Counted from the stretch's first letter, positions 7,930-19,383 are shown. The stretch is 64,000 nucleotides of DNA from Nitrosopumilus sp. (GCA_965223425.1 OZ245003.1:128001-192000), one strand, 5' to 3'. The notes: a model not told the origin generated them from the letters alone. Made by a program: numbers and translations.

Positions 7930-8214
7930 TCAATAAGGGCTTTTGTCAGGAGAAATCTTTGCGCGTCTACCTTGATAGATTAAGGCAATAGCAAGTGCAA
8001 ACATCACCATTGCAGTTAATGGAAAATTTTGGGGAGCAGGCAGAACAAACCAATAGTAAACGCCAAAACCAACAGAGACTGCCGCTTGTACCCAGAGTTT
8101 AATCCATTTTGGAGCTTTGATTAATCTGCTAACAACTTCAACAGAAAAGATTCCAATTACTGGATAAATTGTATAAAATAGAAAATCAATTACATCAACG
8201 CCTGTATGGGACAT
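7930..8214 (-). CDS. Small membrane protein
   Basis: Three hydrophobic segments. Confidence 0.7.
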   Translation of the reverse strand: MSHTGVDVIDFLFYTIYPVIGIFSVEVVSRLIKAPKWIKLWVQAAVSVGFGVYYWFVLPAPQNFPLTAMVMFALAIALIYQGRRAKISPDKSPY

Positions 8215-8247
8215 ATGGTATCAAAATAAAACATGCATAATTTCTAT

Positions 8248-8805
8248 CTAATCTTCCCAACGAACCTTGGTTGCAGCATTTTTGGTAATTAATGCCTGAG
8301 CATTCTCATATGGAATTGTGGCAATGTCCTCAGTTTTGAAGGGACCATATTTTTCAAGATCAGCACCAACAATCTCATCTACTTCTTTGAGAAACCGAAT
8401 AGCAATTTTCTTTATTTTGTGATTCTGGGCTACTGATTCAAGAAATTTTGACTTTCCGTTGATTGTTGCAGAAAGAATCATTTCTGTTCTTTCTTTTTGT
8501 TCCTCTTGTGAATCCAAGATGAATTTTTCTTCGTCTAGGAGATGTCCAATTTCTAGATCAGAAGATTTTGAAATTTTGTCTAATCGAATATGAATTAGTA
8601 GTGATGTTAGTTCTGTTGCCATTTCTATCAAAGCATCTTTGATTTTGCTTTCTATACCATCAAATTCTTGTTTTCTTAAATTACCGATAAAGTCAGCCAG
8701 GTTTCTATAAAAATTTGGATCAATTTCCAATATAGGATTGTTTTCAGTTTCCCGTAAAACTGTATGATGTAAAGAGTTGATATCAATTTGATTTGTTTCA
8801 GACAT
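8248..8805 (-). CDS. GINS subunit (Gins51/15-type)
   Basis: Helical A domain and C-terminal B domain RFLKEVDEIVGADLEKYGPF...IPYENAQALI. Confidence 0.8.
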   Translation of the reverse strand: MSETNQIDINSLHHTVLRETENNPILEIDPNFYRNLADFIGNLRKQEFDGIESKIKDALIEMATELTSLLIHIRLDKISKSSDLEIGHLLDEEKFILDSQEEQKERTEMILSATINGKSKFLESVAQNHKIKKIAIRFLKEVDEIVGADLEKYGPFKTEDIATIPYENAQALITKNAATKVRWED

Positions 8806-8859
8806 TTCTTACCTAATCCTTAAATGCTGGATGTATTTGTGTTTGATTGAAGTACAAAA

Positions 8860-10320
8860 TTGCCCTATAAAGTCAGTCACGGTAAAGCAATACAGGTAAC
8901 ATATTCACCAGAAGAGGTTTTCTCTAGAATTCAACATGAGGGCATTCAGTTTATCGATCTGCAGTTTACTGGCCTTACAGGTCATTTTCATCACACCACA
9001 ATCTCAACTGATACGTTTACTCCCGAACAAATGAGGGATGGGTTACCAAAATTGGATGGTTCGTCAATCGTTGGTTTTACCAGTATTAATGATTCAGATC
9101 TGCTTCTCAAACCAGATCCAAACACATTTGCAATAATCCCTTGGATGACTGAAAACAAAACAGCTAGACTTCTTTGTGATGTGTATTGGGGGGGGAATAG
9201 AGGAAGGTTATCAAGAGATCCAAGAGGGATTGCACAAAAGGCTGAAGAATACATCAAATCTCAGGGATTTGATTTTAGTACTTGGGGTCCAGAGGTGGAA
9301 TTTTTTGTTTTTGATAAGGTACATTGGGATGTTCTAACTCCATACAAAGGACAATCATATTCAATTGAATCAAAAGAAGCGCCATGGAGCCAGGAAGGAG
9401 ACGGATACCCAATGGGATTACAAGAGGGATATTATCCAAGTACACCATCAGATACTCTCACACCATACAGAAACGAATGTGTGAATATTCTAAATAGGAA
9501 TTTTGGAATATTATGTGACAATCATCACCATGAAGTTGCAACTGCAGGACAATGTGAAATTGACATTAGATATGATCATCTTACAAATGCTGCAGATGCT
9601 GCACAATCTTACAAATATGTTATCAGAAATATTGCACAAAAGTATGGCAAGGTTGCAACAATGATGCCAAAACCAATTGCAATGGATTCAGGTTCCGGAA
9701 TGCACGTTAATGTTAGTTTATGGAAAGGAAAAGAAAACATGTTTTATGATTCAGAAGATGAGATTGAATTGAGTCAGACTGCAAGATATTTTTGCGGTGG
9801 AATTGTTAATCATGCCAAAGCATTATCAGCAATTTGTAATCCTACTACTAACTCATACCATAGACTTGTACCTGGATATGAAGCTCCGGCATATATTGCA
9901 TGGAGTTCAGGAAATAGATCTGCCATTGTTAGAGTTCCAAAACATCTTACAGGAAAAGGGTATGCACATCTAAAGAGACTGGAGTTCAGAGCGCCAGATC
10001 CTTCATCTAATCCATATCTTGTATTTGCTGCAGTAACAGGAGCTGGAATGGATGGAATCAAAAAGAAGATGGATCCGGGGGATCAAGTACGTGATGATAT
10101 CTTTAAGATGACCAGATCAGATAGAGCTAAAAGGGGCATTGGCGTTCTTCCAAAAAGTCTTGGTGAGGCATTAGATGAGTTAGAGAGTGATAGAAAGTTC
10201 CTTAATCCAATTTACACCAATGATGTAATTGACAAGATAATAGAGTTAGAAAGAAGAGATCAGCGTGAAATAGCTATTAGGCCACACCCACATGAGTTTT
10301 ATCTATACTTTGATGTTTAG
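8860..10320 (+). CDS. glnA: Glutamine synthetase type I
   Basis: DGSSI, GPEVEFF, HHEVA, MPKP..DSGSGMH, EFRAPD. Confidence 0.97.
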   Translation: MPYKVSHGKAIQVTYSPEEVFSRIQHEGIQFIDLQFTGLTGHFHHTTISTDTFTPEQMRDGLPKLDGSSIVGFTSINDSDLLLKPDPNTFAIIPWMTENKTARLLCDVYWGGNRGRLSRDPRGIAQKAEEYIKSQGFDFSTWGPEVEFFVFDKVHWDVLTPYKGQSYSIESKEAPWSQEGDGYPMGLQEGYYPSTPSDTLTPYRNECVNILNRNFGILCDNHHHEVATAGQCEIDIRYDHLTNAADAAQSYKYVIRNIAQKYGKVATMMPKPIAMDSGSGMHVNVSLWKGKENMFYDSEDEIELSQTARYFCGGIVNHAKALSAICNPTTNSYHRLVPGYEAPAYIAWSSGNRSAIVRVPKHLTGKGYAHLKRLEFRAPDPSSNPYLVFAAVTGAGMDGIKKKMDPGDQVRDDIFKMTRSDRAKRGIGVLPKSLGEALDELESDRKFLNPIYTNDVIDKIIELERRDQREIAIRPHPHEFYLYFDV

Positions 10321-10598
10321 AGTCTACCAGTGAGGTGAAAAACAGAGTATAATGAAATTATCATTAAAGCAAATCCTATTCCCAAGAATGTTCCTCTTTT
10401 ACTTTCAGATGTAGCGGCCTTGTACAATAAAACCCCACCAGCAAGACCTACAAATAATACCAAAACTCCAAGAACCACGTCATCAAAACTTGTGCCAGTA
10501 ATTAACGGATAAAAGAGTCCAGAAAGTAATGCAAAAAATACAATCAAGTAAATGTACTTGAAACCAGTAAGCATTGTGGATGATATTTTATTCAACAT
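10317..10598 (-). CDS. Small membrane protein
   Basis: Three hydrophobic helices. Confidence 0.7.
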   Translation of the reverse strand: MLNKISSTMLTGFKYIYLIVFFALLSGLFYPLITGTSFDDVVLGVLVLFVGLAGGVLLYKAATSESKRGTFLGIGFALMIISLYSVFHLTGRL

Positions 10599-10649
10599 TG
10601 TTCGTAAATATGGTTATCAAATAAACTTTTGAAAAAATTTCAAAATAAC

Positions 10650-12365
10650 TCACATCATTCCGCCCATGTCAGGCATTCCGCCCATTCCAGGTGGCATCCC
10701 TCCCATTCCAGGTGGCATCCCTCCCATTCCAGGTGGCATCCCTCCTTCTCCTCCACCGGGAGGTCCACCTGCAGATTTCTGGGTAGCAATTACATCATCA
10801 ATTCTAAGAATCATACATGCAGCCTCAGCAGATGCAGATACAACTTGAAGTTTAACTGCAAGTGGTTCAATAATGTCACTTGATTTCATATTAGCAATCT
10901 TTCCTTTCATAACATCAATTCCAGTCCATTTCTCGCCTTTCTGTTGTTTTGATCGAAGAAGTGTAAGGGTATCAATTGGATCCATTCCAGCATTTTCAGC
11001 AAGGGTTAATGGAATTGTCTCTAATGCATCAGCAAATTTTTCTGCAGCTAGCTGTTCTCTTCCTTCGAGAGATTTTGCCCAATTTCTTAATTTTGTTGCA
11101 GCAAATGTTTCAGGAGCACCTCCGCCTGCAACAATTTCTGGTTTTTCAATTACATCTTTTACAACCATTAAAGCATCATGAACAGAGCGTGCAACTTCAT
11201 CAACTACTCTTTGCGAGCCTCCACGAAGAAGCAAGGTAACTGATTTTGGGTGTTTACAGCCTTCTACAAATACCCATTTGTCTTCCTCAATTTTTCTTTC
11301 TTCAACAACATCTGCGCTACCTAGATCTTTTTCAAAAAGATCGTCAAGGTTTGTAACTATTCTAGCACCTGTTGCTTTTGCAAGTTTTGTAAGATCACTT
11401 TCTTTTATTCTTCTAACTGCAATAATTCCAGCTTTTGCTAGATAATGTTGAGCCATATCATCAAGGCCTTTTTGACACAAAACCACATTTGCACCAGAGC
11501 CAATGACTTTGTCAACCATTGTTTTTAACATTCTATTTTCTTCGTCTAGAAATGATTTTAGTTGTTGGGGATTTGAAATGTTAATCTTGGCGTCAGTTTC
11601 AGTTTTACTAATTTCTAATGCGGTGTTAATTAATGCAATCTTGGCATCGGTAATTTTTCTAGGCATACCTCCATGAACAATTTCTTTGTCAAGAACAATG
11701 CCTTGAATTATCATCGAGTCTTTGATAGACCCGCCTGCCTTTTTTTCTACTTTAACGTCATCAATATCAACATCATAACTTTCACTGTCTTTTTCAGAAA
11801 CAGAGAGAATAGATTTTACAACAATATCTGCCAGCTGATCAGAATCTTTTCTAACAAGTTTAGTTTGCATTGAAGTTTTTGCAATTTTGGTTAGGATGTT
11901 TTTATCATTTGCATCTACCTTGTCTGCAATACTTTCAAGAAATTGTTTTGCTTTTCTTCCGGCTTTTCTGTAACCATCTACGATAATTGTTGGATGAACA
12001 TCTTGATCAATTAGTGATTCAGCATGTTCCAATAACGCACCAGCCAAGACAACTGCTGAAGTTGTACCATCTCCAACTTCGTTGTCTGTAGTTTTTGAAA
12101 TTTCAACCAGCATTTTTGCAGCCGGGTGTTGAACATCAATTTCTTTTAAAATTGTGGCACCATCATTTGTAATAGTGACATCACCCAGAGAGTCAACTAG
12201 CATTTTATCCATACCACGTGGGCCTAGACTGGTATGAACAATTTCGGCAATAATTTTGGATGCAGCAATGTTGTTTTTTTGTGCGTCTCTGCCCTTGGTT
12301 TCTGAACCTCCTTCCTTTAGCAGTACGACAGGCATACTGCCTTTTGAAGTGGCTTGCATTCCCAT
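10650..12365 (-). CDS. ths: Thermosome (group II chaperonin) subunit
   Basis: [13 protein letters not shown]; C-terminal GGMPPGM repeats. Confidence 0.97.
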   Translation of the reverse strand: MGMQATSKGSMPVVLLKEGGSETKGRDAQKNNIAASKIIAEIVHTSLGPRGMDKMLVDSLGDVTITNDGATILKEIDVQHPAAKMLVEISKTTDNEVGDGTTSAVVLAGALLEHAESLIDQDVHPTIIVDGYRKAGRKAKQFLESIADKVDANDKNILTKIAKTSMQTKLVRKDSDQLADIVVKSILSVSEKDSESYDVDIDDVKVEKKAGGSIKDSMIIQGIVLDKEIVHGGMPRKITDAKIALINTALEISKTETDAKINISNPQQLKSFLDEENRMLKTMVDKVIGSGANVVLCQKGLDDMAQHYLAKAGIIAVRRIKESDLTKLAKATGARIVTNLDDLFEKDLGSADVVEERKIEEDKWVFVEGCKHPKSVTLLLRGGSQRVVDEVARSVHDALMVVKDVIEKPEIVAGGGAPETFAATKLRNWAKSLEGREQLAAEKFADALETIPLTLAENAGMDPIDTLTLLRSKQQKGEKWTGIDVMKGKIANMKSSDIIEPLAVKLQVVSASAEAACMILRIDDVIATQKSAGGPPGGGEGGMPPGMGGMPPGMGGMPPGMGGMPDMGGMM

Positions 12366-12456
12366 AGATGCAAAAACTCCAGATTCCCCTTTTATACCTT
12401 CCAGATCAAGATGGGGGGATTTGATGTATCGGTGTTTTTAAATTGGGAAAATCAAG

Positions 12457-13788
12457 TTGCAAAATGTGGCCAAATCACAGAATAAAGAAGCCTACAATAA
12501 AATTTTCACTAAATTAAAGGAGCATCACAAATGGTTTGAAAATTCAATTCCGCTAATTGCAAGTGAAAATATTCCTAGCCCAGCTGTTAGAGAGGCAATA
12601 ATCTCGGATTTTGGTAACAGGTATGCTGAGGGTTGGCCGGGTGAGAGAGTGTATGCAGGATGTATCTACATTGACGATGTGGAGTTTGAATGTATGAAAT
12701 TAGCCAAAAAACTCTACAAAGCAAAGTTTGCAGATGTTAGACCAATTTCAGGTGTTGTTGCAAATCTTGCAGTATATTCAGCTTATTCAAATCCTGGAGA
12801 TGTAATGTTAGCACCGTCTATTCCAGCTGGGGGCCATATCTCACATGGTAAAAAAGAGCATTCAGGAACTGCAGGGTTAGTTCATGGATTAGAAATTGAA
12901 TTCTATCCATTTAACGCAGAAGAAATGACAATTGATGTTGACAAGACAAAACAGAAAGTTAAGGGATTAAAGAAAAACAATCGTTTGCCAAAGATAGCAA
13001 TGTTTGGCGGTTCGTTATTCTTGTTTCCACATCCTGTTAAAGAGTTGTCAGACTTTCTAAAGAGTTATGGCATGCATATCAATTATGATGCGGCTCATGT
13101 TGCAGGATTAATTGCCGGCGGAAAATTCCAAGACCCTCTTCGTGAAGGTGCAGATACAATGACTATGAGCACTCACAAGACTTTGTTTGGACCACAGGGA
13201 GGATTAGTTCTAGGTTCTGAAGAACATGAAGAGCCTATCAAAAAAGCAACATTCCCGGGTCTTACAAGCAGTCATCATATTAACAACATGGCAGGAAAAG
13301 CGGTTGCTTTTGCCGAGGCTTTAGAATTTGGAAAAGATTATGCCAGTCAAGTTATAAAAAATGCTAAATCATTTGCTGATGCATTAAATGATGCAGGATT
13401 CAAGGTGTTAGGAGAAAGTAGGGGATTTACAAAATCACATCAGGTTGCAGTTAATGTTTTAGATTATTCAGACGGTGGAAAAGTAGAAGCAGATTTAGAA
13501 AAAGCCAACATCATAGTTAACAGACAACTTATTCCAGGAGACATTAAGGCTGGAAGAAACTATTTCCATCCGGGCGGAATCAGATTAGGAGTTTCTGAAA
13601 TTACACGACTTGGAATGAAGAAAAATGAAATGCAAGAAATTGCAGGTTTAATTAAACAGGTAGTTATAGATAAAAAGAATCCAAAGAATCTACTTTCAAA
13701 AGTAAAGGCTTTCAGAAAGAACTATCAGAAAGTCAAATTCTGTTTTGATGGTAAATTGGGTGCTTATGAGTACGTCAAACTAAGATGA
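12457..13788 (+). CDS. glyA: Serine hydroxymethyltransferase
   Basis: LIASEN, YAEG, STHKTLFGPQGG. Confidence 0.96.
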   Translation: MQNVAKSQNKEAYNKIFTKLKEHHKWFENSIPLIASENIPSPAVREAIISDFGNRYAEGWPGERVYAGCIYIDDVEFECMKLAKKLYKAKFADVRPISGVVANLAVYSAYSNPGDVMLAPSIPAGGHISHGKKEHSGTAGLVHGLEIEFYPFNAEEMTIDVDKTKQKVKGLKKNNRLPKIAMFGGSLFLFPHPVKELSDFLKSYGMHINYDAAHVAGLIAGGKFQDPLREGADTMTMSTHKTLFGPQGGLVLGSEEHEEPIKKATFPGLTSSHHINNMAGKAVAFAEALEFGKDYASQVIKNAKSFADALNDAGFKVLGESRGFTKSHQVAVNVLDYSDGGKVEADLEKANIIVNRQLIPGDIKAGRNYFHPGGIRLGVSEITRLGMKKNEMQEIAGLIKQVVIDKKNPKNLLSKVKAFRKNYQKVKFCFDGKLGAYEYVKLR

Positions 13789-13789
13789 T

Positions 13790-16700
13790 TCAGGCATAAT
13801 CAGTAAGAAGTGATTGGTCTCCTTGACTTTTACCAAACACCAACTCAATTTCATCTGAGAGTGCATGAATTCTACCTCTCTGATATTCGCCAACATCATA
13901 TTTCTCAACAAGCCTTTTTGCAAGTTTTAGGTATTTTTCAACTGATCCTCTAGTTATTGTAGGGATCAGCTTATGACCGCAGACGCAAGTTTGGATGAGA
14001 GGCGTCCTACGAAATGATTTTCCACAACCGGTACATCTAAAATTTTGTCTGGCGTATGATCTAAGATTTCCCATTATATCTGGAACCAAGTGTGTTGAAA
14101 TAACATTTGAAACAATTTCTGAGGTATTTACTGCGTCAATTAGTTCGGCATTTTTAATTTGCATATCAAATTTGTCAAGCATAGATCCAAGTGTAGAATA
14201 TGCACTGCGTGATTTGGAAGTGGTCAAAGAAGATGTTGAATGTGTAAAGAAGTAGTCACAGAATTGTTTTTCAGTTTCAAGACGTGATTTTATAATTTCT
14301 ACAGATGTCACGTCTGATGCCTTAATTTGTTGAATAGTAGACTCGAAGAATTCCAATGGAAGTGATTTTGTGACTTCAAGATTGTGTGCTTGTGGCTGGG
14401 ATTCATGTGGCAATACAAGAGGCTGAACAAGTAATGGAGCATCCATTAATCCGCCTATTCTATCAGAAAGAAACTGTCTTGAGAAATTAAGCAAGCTGTC
14501 CATTAGAAGCATAATAGAATCAGCATCGCCATCTGCATCTCTTCTTTTTGCAGAATGCCAGTTTGGAGTTCCAAAACAAACATGGGTTTCAGCATAGCCA
14601 ATAATCCGCCCTACTATTCCAACAGAAGTATGGGGGGCCAAACCAATTACCAGATGGCCAATTAGTTCTTCAGAATTTTTTACATTGTAAAATGAGGATT
14701 TTCCATAAAACTTGACTAAAAGAGAATCAATGTACTTGCAAGTATCAACTAGATATTTTCCACTATCGTAAGGAATTATCACATCTTGCATGCGAAGTTC
14801 AACAATTTGTTCTGAATGTTCAAGAGGTTTTCCGTCAATATCACTAGAATATCCCAACTGCTTTAGTTTCTCTATGGATGTTCCAATCCATGACGGTTTG
14901 AATTGGGTCAGAGGTGAATTCGTTGCATCAAATCTAACAGTTCCATCTTTAAACACAGTAAGCCCGAAGTTTTGACGTGCAAGCCCTTTTTCAAGAGGTT
15001 CAGCAATTTTGTCTTGACTGATTAACTCCTTTACTCCCTTGAATGGTTCTTGGGCACGAAATTCCATCTTTTGTTGAGCTGAAAGCAGTTTCGCTTTTAG
15101 TGGGAATTCCTTGTGTGAATAAGCTGGTGCCTTACGTTTACATTTTTCACAGTATGGTTCATCCAGAGTATCCCTACAATTTGAACATCTGTAAGTGATT
15201 GTTGTCTTAGTACCACATTTAGAGCATTTTATGCCAATAGAAGGTTCATCACATTGATTACAACGTCTGTTGAAAATGTTAGTAAAGAAGTGTTCAGTTC
15301 TAGATGCTTTTAGAAGATCTCTAGTCAGTCCGCCTTTGTCACTAATTGGAAACAATACGTGTGTAGGAGGTTTCATTTGTCTAGGTGCAGCTTTCTCAGG
15401 TCTTCCTATTCTAACTCCAATAGAGTTTGAGAATTTGTTTCTAATTTGAATTCCAGATATTTTTGAAATGATTTTTGGAACTGACAAATCAGAAATTGTT
15501 AGTTTTTCTCTGAATAACAAATTAAAGAAAATTTTTGCCTCTAGATTTTCTAGAGTTATAGTATCATTTTCAATTTTATGAGGAGTCCCCAATTTTTCAA
15601 GAATTTTTTTGGTTTGAATTGAATATTCAATTGATGTTTCATTAACTTGTTTCGGTTCTAAAAGCTGTTCAAGTTCTTTTGGTGAAATTTTATCCCAAAA
15701 ATACAGATATTGTGGGTGGAGAGAAATTTGAAAATCAACAGAAATTTTTAATGCTTCATCTATTGTTGGGTTTTTGATCAGAAATTGTTTTAGATATTGA
15801 TCATTTGGTTCATGTTTCTGGATTTTTTGTTTTAGTTCTTCTATCCAAAATTCCTCAACATATCCTGAAGGAATAAGTTGGGCATTGTTTTCAAGAAAGT
15901 CTCCAAACGAAATTAAAATGTCTCCAAGATGTAGAATTTTTTCCATTTCATTTTTTATTTCTAGTCCGTGTTTTACATCTCTGATTTTTACGACATTGCC
16001 ATTTTTCAAACGAACTATAGGAGTGTCGATAGAGTCTACAAATGCTACAGTTGCCCCCTTTCCTGGAGTATCGATTTTGATCTGTGTTCCTACAGTAATT
16101 GTATGATCCAGAATTTCAGCAATTACAGGATGAAGCCCGACTGATGCAAACCCGGTATTACATGCTCTGCCATATCTTAGTCTAAATCCGCCTAATTTGT
16201 TAGGCATGGATAAGACTGATCTGCCTGTAATTACCTCACGCATTCTTTTGGCAGCTGCATCTTCCTGGTTTTCACCCGTTTGAACTGCGCCTTTAAGATC
16301 ATTGAGCCATTCCCAGCCATCAAGATGATACAACTCGATTCTTTTGAGAAGTTTTTTGGATCTTCCAATTAGTCCGTCATTTAAAACACGTAAAGCGCCA
16401 CCCCTAACTCTATCAGTTTTGATACGAGCCATAGATTTGTGATTTACAACCTCAAATGGATCTGTATCCACTCCATCTAACTCCACGGGAAGATTAGAGA
16501 TCACATGTTCAATATCTTCATCTAAGATATGGAATTGAAAACTACTGGCCTCTCTTTCATAAATTCTTAATTCTTCAACAAATCTACCAGTCTCATCATC
16601 AAAGGAATTAGCTTGGAATTTTGATAGTCCAACTGCTTTTCTTACATGATCTGCAATTAGCATTGTTACTGCAGATTCTGTTCCTCCTGCCGAACGCATC

Positions 16701-17167
16701 GGCCCTGCAATTGAAACCGAAAGATATTCAGTTCCATCTTTGTTTTTCTTTATCTTTACTTCACTAATTCCTTGCAAGGGTGCTATGGTTACTCCTTCAG
16801 TAACAATTGCCAGTCCCACACGAACAGCAAGATCCAACTTGTCTTCTAAGGAAGCATCGGGTAGAGAGTATTTTCCAAGCGCAATTTCTTTTGATAAATT
16901 TAGTGCAGAGAGTTCCTTTCCATTTGATTTTAATAATTTTCTTAAATGCTCAGCGATGTCAATATCGTGCATTTTGGCAACCCTGTCTGCCAGATCAAAT
17001 GCAATTTTGGGTTCTATAATCCCAGAAGAATCCACTAGGCTTGATTTAGCATCTGCTGCTTTCTCAAAAATAGAAAATGTTTCATTTGAGAGTTTTGAAT
17101 AATAGTCAAGATAATAATCAGGCATCTTGATACCACTAATACGAGAAATTGCATCATTATCAGGCAT
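13790..17167 (-). CDS. polC: DNA polymerase D large subunit DP2
   Basis: RSAGGTE, FRLRYGR, KRRDADGDADS, zinc fingers. Confidence 0.97.
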   Translation of the reverse strand: MPDNDAISRISGIKMPDYYLDYYSKLSNETFSIFEKAADAKSSLVDSSGIIEPKIAFDLADRVAKMHDIDIAEHLRKLLKSNGKELSALNLSKEIALGKYSLPDASLEDKLDLAVRVGLAIVTEGVTIAPLQGISEVKIKKNKDGTEYLSVSIAGPMRSAGGTESAVTMLIADHVRKAVGLSKFQANSFDDETGRFVEELRIYEREASSFQFHILDEDIEHVISNLPVELDGVDTDPFEVVNHKSMARIKTDRVRGGALRVLNDGLIGRSKKLLKRIELYHLDGWEWLNDLKGAVQTGENQEDAAAKRMREVITGRSVLSMPNKLGGFRLRYGRACNTGFASVGLHPVIAEILDHTITVGTQIKIDTPGKGATVAFVDSIDTPIVRLKNGNVVKIRDVKHGLEIKNEMEKILHLGDILISFGDFLENNAQLIPSGYVEEFWIEELKQKIQKHEPNDQYLKQFLIKNPTIDEALKISVDFQISLHPQYLYFWDKISPKELEQLLEPKQVNETSIEYSIQTKKILEKLGTPHKIENDTITLENLEAKIFFNLLFREKLTISDLSVPKIISKISGIQIRNKFSNSIGVRIGRPEKAAPRQMKPPTHVLFPISDKGGLTRDLLKASRTEHFFTNIFNRRCNQCDEPSIGIKCSKCGTKTTITYRCSNCRDTLDEPYCEKCKRKAPAYSHKEFPLKAKLLSAQQKMEFRAQEPFKGVKELISQDKIAEPLEKGLARQNFGLTVFKDGTVRFDATNSPLTQFKPSWIGTSIEKLKQLGYSSDIDGKPLEHSEQIVELRMQDVIIPYDSGKYLVDTCKYIDSLLVKFYGKSSFYNVKNSEELIGHLVIGLAPHTSVGIVGRIIGYAETHVCFGTPNWHSAKRRDADGDADSIMLLMDSLLNFSRQFLSDRIGGLMDAPLLVQPLVLPHESQPQAHNLEVTKSLPLEFFESTIQQIKASDVTSVEIIKSRLETEKQFCDYFFTHSTSSLTTSKSRSAYSTLGSMLDKFDMQIKNAELIDAVNTSEIVSNVISTHLVPDIMGNLRSYARQNFRCTGCGKSFRRTPLIQTCVCGHKLIPTITRGSVEKYLKLAKRLVEKYDVGEYQRGRIHALSDEIELVFGKSQGDQSLLTDYA

Positions 17168-17179
17168 AATAGAGCTCTA

Positions 17180-17932
17180 CTACTTGCTTCTTTGAATTGT
17201 TTTTGTTATTTCTTGGAGTTTTTTGATACTTCCACCTTTTTCAAGGAATGTTCCAATAACTAATGCATCAGCGCCTGCCTTGACCAGACTTTGAGCAGTT
17301 TTCACGTCTTTAATGCCCCCTCCTACTATCAGAAATCCATTAAACATGCGCCTTACAGTCTTGACCATCTCTGGAGTGACATTAGTTTTTGCACCAGAGC
17401 CTGCCTCCAGATATACAAATCTCATGCCAAGAAACTGGGCTGCAAGAGCATACGCTGCAGCAATTTTTGGCTTTTCAAATGGAATTCCTCTTGCAGAACC
17501 AACAAACCAGGCAGATGTTCCATCGCCTATTACCAAATAAGCAGTTGGGAGTGGTTCTAAACCAAATTTGAGAACGCTTGGAGCTCCTAACGCTTGTGCT
17601 TGAGAGATAAAGTATGGGTTTTCTGAATTCATTAACGAGCTAAACAAGATTGCATCTGCATCAGGAACAACCCCTGTAATGTTTCCAGGAAATAAAATTA
17701 TTGGAATTTTAATGCTTTTTTTGATACCTTTTACTACTTGTGCCATCTCAATTTGGTCAGTAGCAGAAGATCCTCCAATTAAGATTGCAGAAGCCCCCAT
17801 CTTTTCGGCGTCTTTGGCAAGCTTGCTTGATGCTTTCAAATTTGATACCTCAGAATCGATTAATACGAATAATAATGCATTTTTCTTTTTTAATTCAGAT
17901 TTTAGGAATGATTCAACTTTATTTCCAGTCAT
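17180..17932 (-). CDS. Geranylgeranylglyceryl phosphate synthase
   Basis: IGGSS, YLEAGSGA, VGGGI. Confidence 0.93.
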   Translation of the reverse strand: MTGNKVESFLKSELKKKNALLFVLIDSEVSNLKASSKLAKDAEKMGASAILIGGSSATDQIEMAQVVKGIKKSIKIPIILFPGNITGVVPDADAILFSSLMNSENPYFISQAQALGAPSVLKFGLEPLPTAYLVIGDGTSAWFVGSARGIPFEKPKIAAAYALAAQFLGMRFVYLEAGSGAKTNVTPEMVKTVRRMFNGFLIVGGGIKDVKTAQSLVKAGADALVIGTFLEKGGSIKKLQEITKTIQRSK

Positions 17933-17997
17933 AATGGGGGTTTGTAGATGACTCTTTAAAGTTTAATTGTAGTGTCAGTATACAGATTTGTATAGCT

Positions 17998-18360
17998 ATG
18001 GGAGAGTTTGAAGAATCTAATTTTAATAATATTATCCGTCAAATTATCAAAAAATCTCTGTTTACAGAGCGACAAATTGAAATTATTTTAAATCAGAGGG
18101 ATCTTCTAGAAACTGAGTTTTCTATAACAAAAGGAGCATATTATAGACAGGTTGGGCAGTCTAGAGAGAAATTAATCTCATTATTCTATTCAATCATACT
18201 TTTACGTGGTTTAGGCATACTTTTGCCTGATGATATTGATGTGATATCTAAACTATCTGAACAAATTAGTGTGATTAATCAAAGTGAGATCTTCCCAGAA
18301 AGAGAAGAAGATGTCATTAGTGTGATAGATAGGCTTGTTCGTCAGGCCTGCAATGTGTGA
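17998..18360 (+). CDS. Conserved hypothetical protein, probable HTH
   Basis: FTERQIEI...ITKGAYYRQVGQ. Confidence 0.7.
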   Translation: MGEFEESNFNNIIRQIIKKSLFTERQIEIILNQRDLLETEFSITKGAYYRQVGQSREKLISLFYSIILLRGLGILLPDDIDVISKLSEQISVINQSEIFPEREEDVISVIDRLVRQACNV

Positions 18361-18530
18361 TATTGTAATGATGTAAACAAAGCCAGATTGTTGTGTTTGT
18401 GATAGTGTATGTGAGTATGTTCATCTAAAGTGTGAAATAATGTTGTTCAATCACGATAAATCACAACATGGGCGTTAATTTGTGATGTTGGTAGAAATTC
18501 CTGATCCTGAAGTGATTTTAGGTGTGATTT
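18240..18530. repeat. Cluster of (T)GTGA(T)/ATCAC motifs
   Basis: About 13 copies in ~290 bp; a smaller cluster at 18887-18957. Confidence 0.6.
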
Positions 18531-19087
18531 TAGCGTTTTTGATTGGTTTGGGTGCATTGTATGCATTCTACAAAGCACGACCATTCATCAAATCTAGAAG
18601 TGAATTAACAGATACAACACAAACTGAGCGTTTAGAGTATTATGAAAGACAGTTAATTGATATGAAGATACGCCTAGATGCCTTAGAAATACAAGGAATT
18701 GAGCAGAAAACAGATGATCCTAACTTAGAATTAAAACAATTTTTGGAGAAATTAGTAAAGAATGAGGCACAGGAACCACAAGTTGAGAAAATTAACGAGT
18801 CCAAAGTCATGCCTGAAAAAACAGACTCTGCGCATAATGTTTCTAGTATGGAGCACACCAACCCAATACTTCATGTGTTGCAGCTAATCACAAACAAAGC
18901 TATGACATCACGTGACATACAAGTGACGTTGAATAGAAGCAGGGAACATACGTCACGTTTAATGAAGAAATTATTTGAAGATGGTTTTGTTGAAAGAAAT
19001 ATAGAAACGAAACCATACACCTATTCAATTACTGAAAAAGGAAAAACAAAGGTTGGTAAGCTGCAACCAAATCCTACAACTGTATAA
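18482..19087 (+). CDS. Membrane-anchored coiled-coil winged-helix DNA-binding protein
   Basis: N-terminal TM, heptad region, C-terminal MTSRDIQ...SREHTSRLMKKLFEDGFVER...YSITEKG. Confidence 0.8.
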   Translation: MMLVEIPDPEVILGVILAFLIGLGALYAFYKARPFIKSRSELTDTTQTERLEYYERQLIDMKIRLDALEIQGIEQKTDDPNLELKQFLEKLVKNEAQEPQVEKINESKVMPEKTDSAHNVSSMEHTNPILHVLQLITNKAMTSRDIQVTLNRSREHTSRLMKKLFEDGFVERNIETKPYTYSITEKGKTKVGKLQPNPTTV

Positions 19088-19221
19088 AAAATTCTCAAAG
19101 TTTTACGAATTCATTTTATGTTGTTTTATTTAGGATTTTGTCAAAATCTAACTAATTTTATTATTATTTACTAAATAGAGAATTTATTAAATTATATATA
19201 TTATAAAATTATAATGATAGT

Positions 19222-19383
19222 ATGTCTGTACAAGAGAATGAAGTGTTGGTTAAAATCACCTCAGCTGGAACAATTTCTATCCCTAAACAGTTTAGAAGGT
19301 TTATGGATATTCAAAAAGGAGAATATGTCAAGTTGATTCTTGGTAAAGACAGGTTAATTGTAAGAAAAGTTACCATTTCTTGA
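19222..19383 (+). CDS. AbrB/MazE/SpoVT-family DNA-binding protein (53 aa)
   Basis: Hand translation MSVQENEVLVKITSAGTISIPKQFRRFMDIQKGEYVKLILGKDRLIVRKVTIS. Confidence 0.85.
   Translation: MSVQENEVLVKITSAGTISIPKQFRRFMDIQKGEYVKLILGKDRLIVRKVTIS

Noticed and set aside
10660-10760. 21-bp tandem repeats
   Set aside because: Encode the normal GGMPPGM chaperonin tail
13790-17167. Intein in DP2
   Set aside because: Length is normal and no splice motifs were seen
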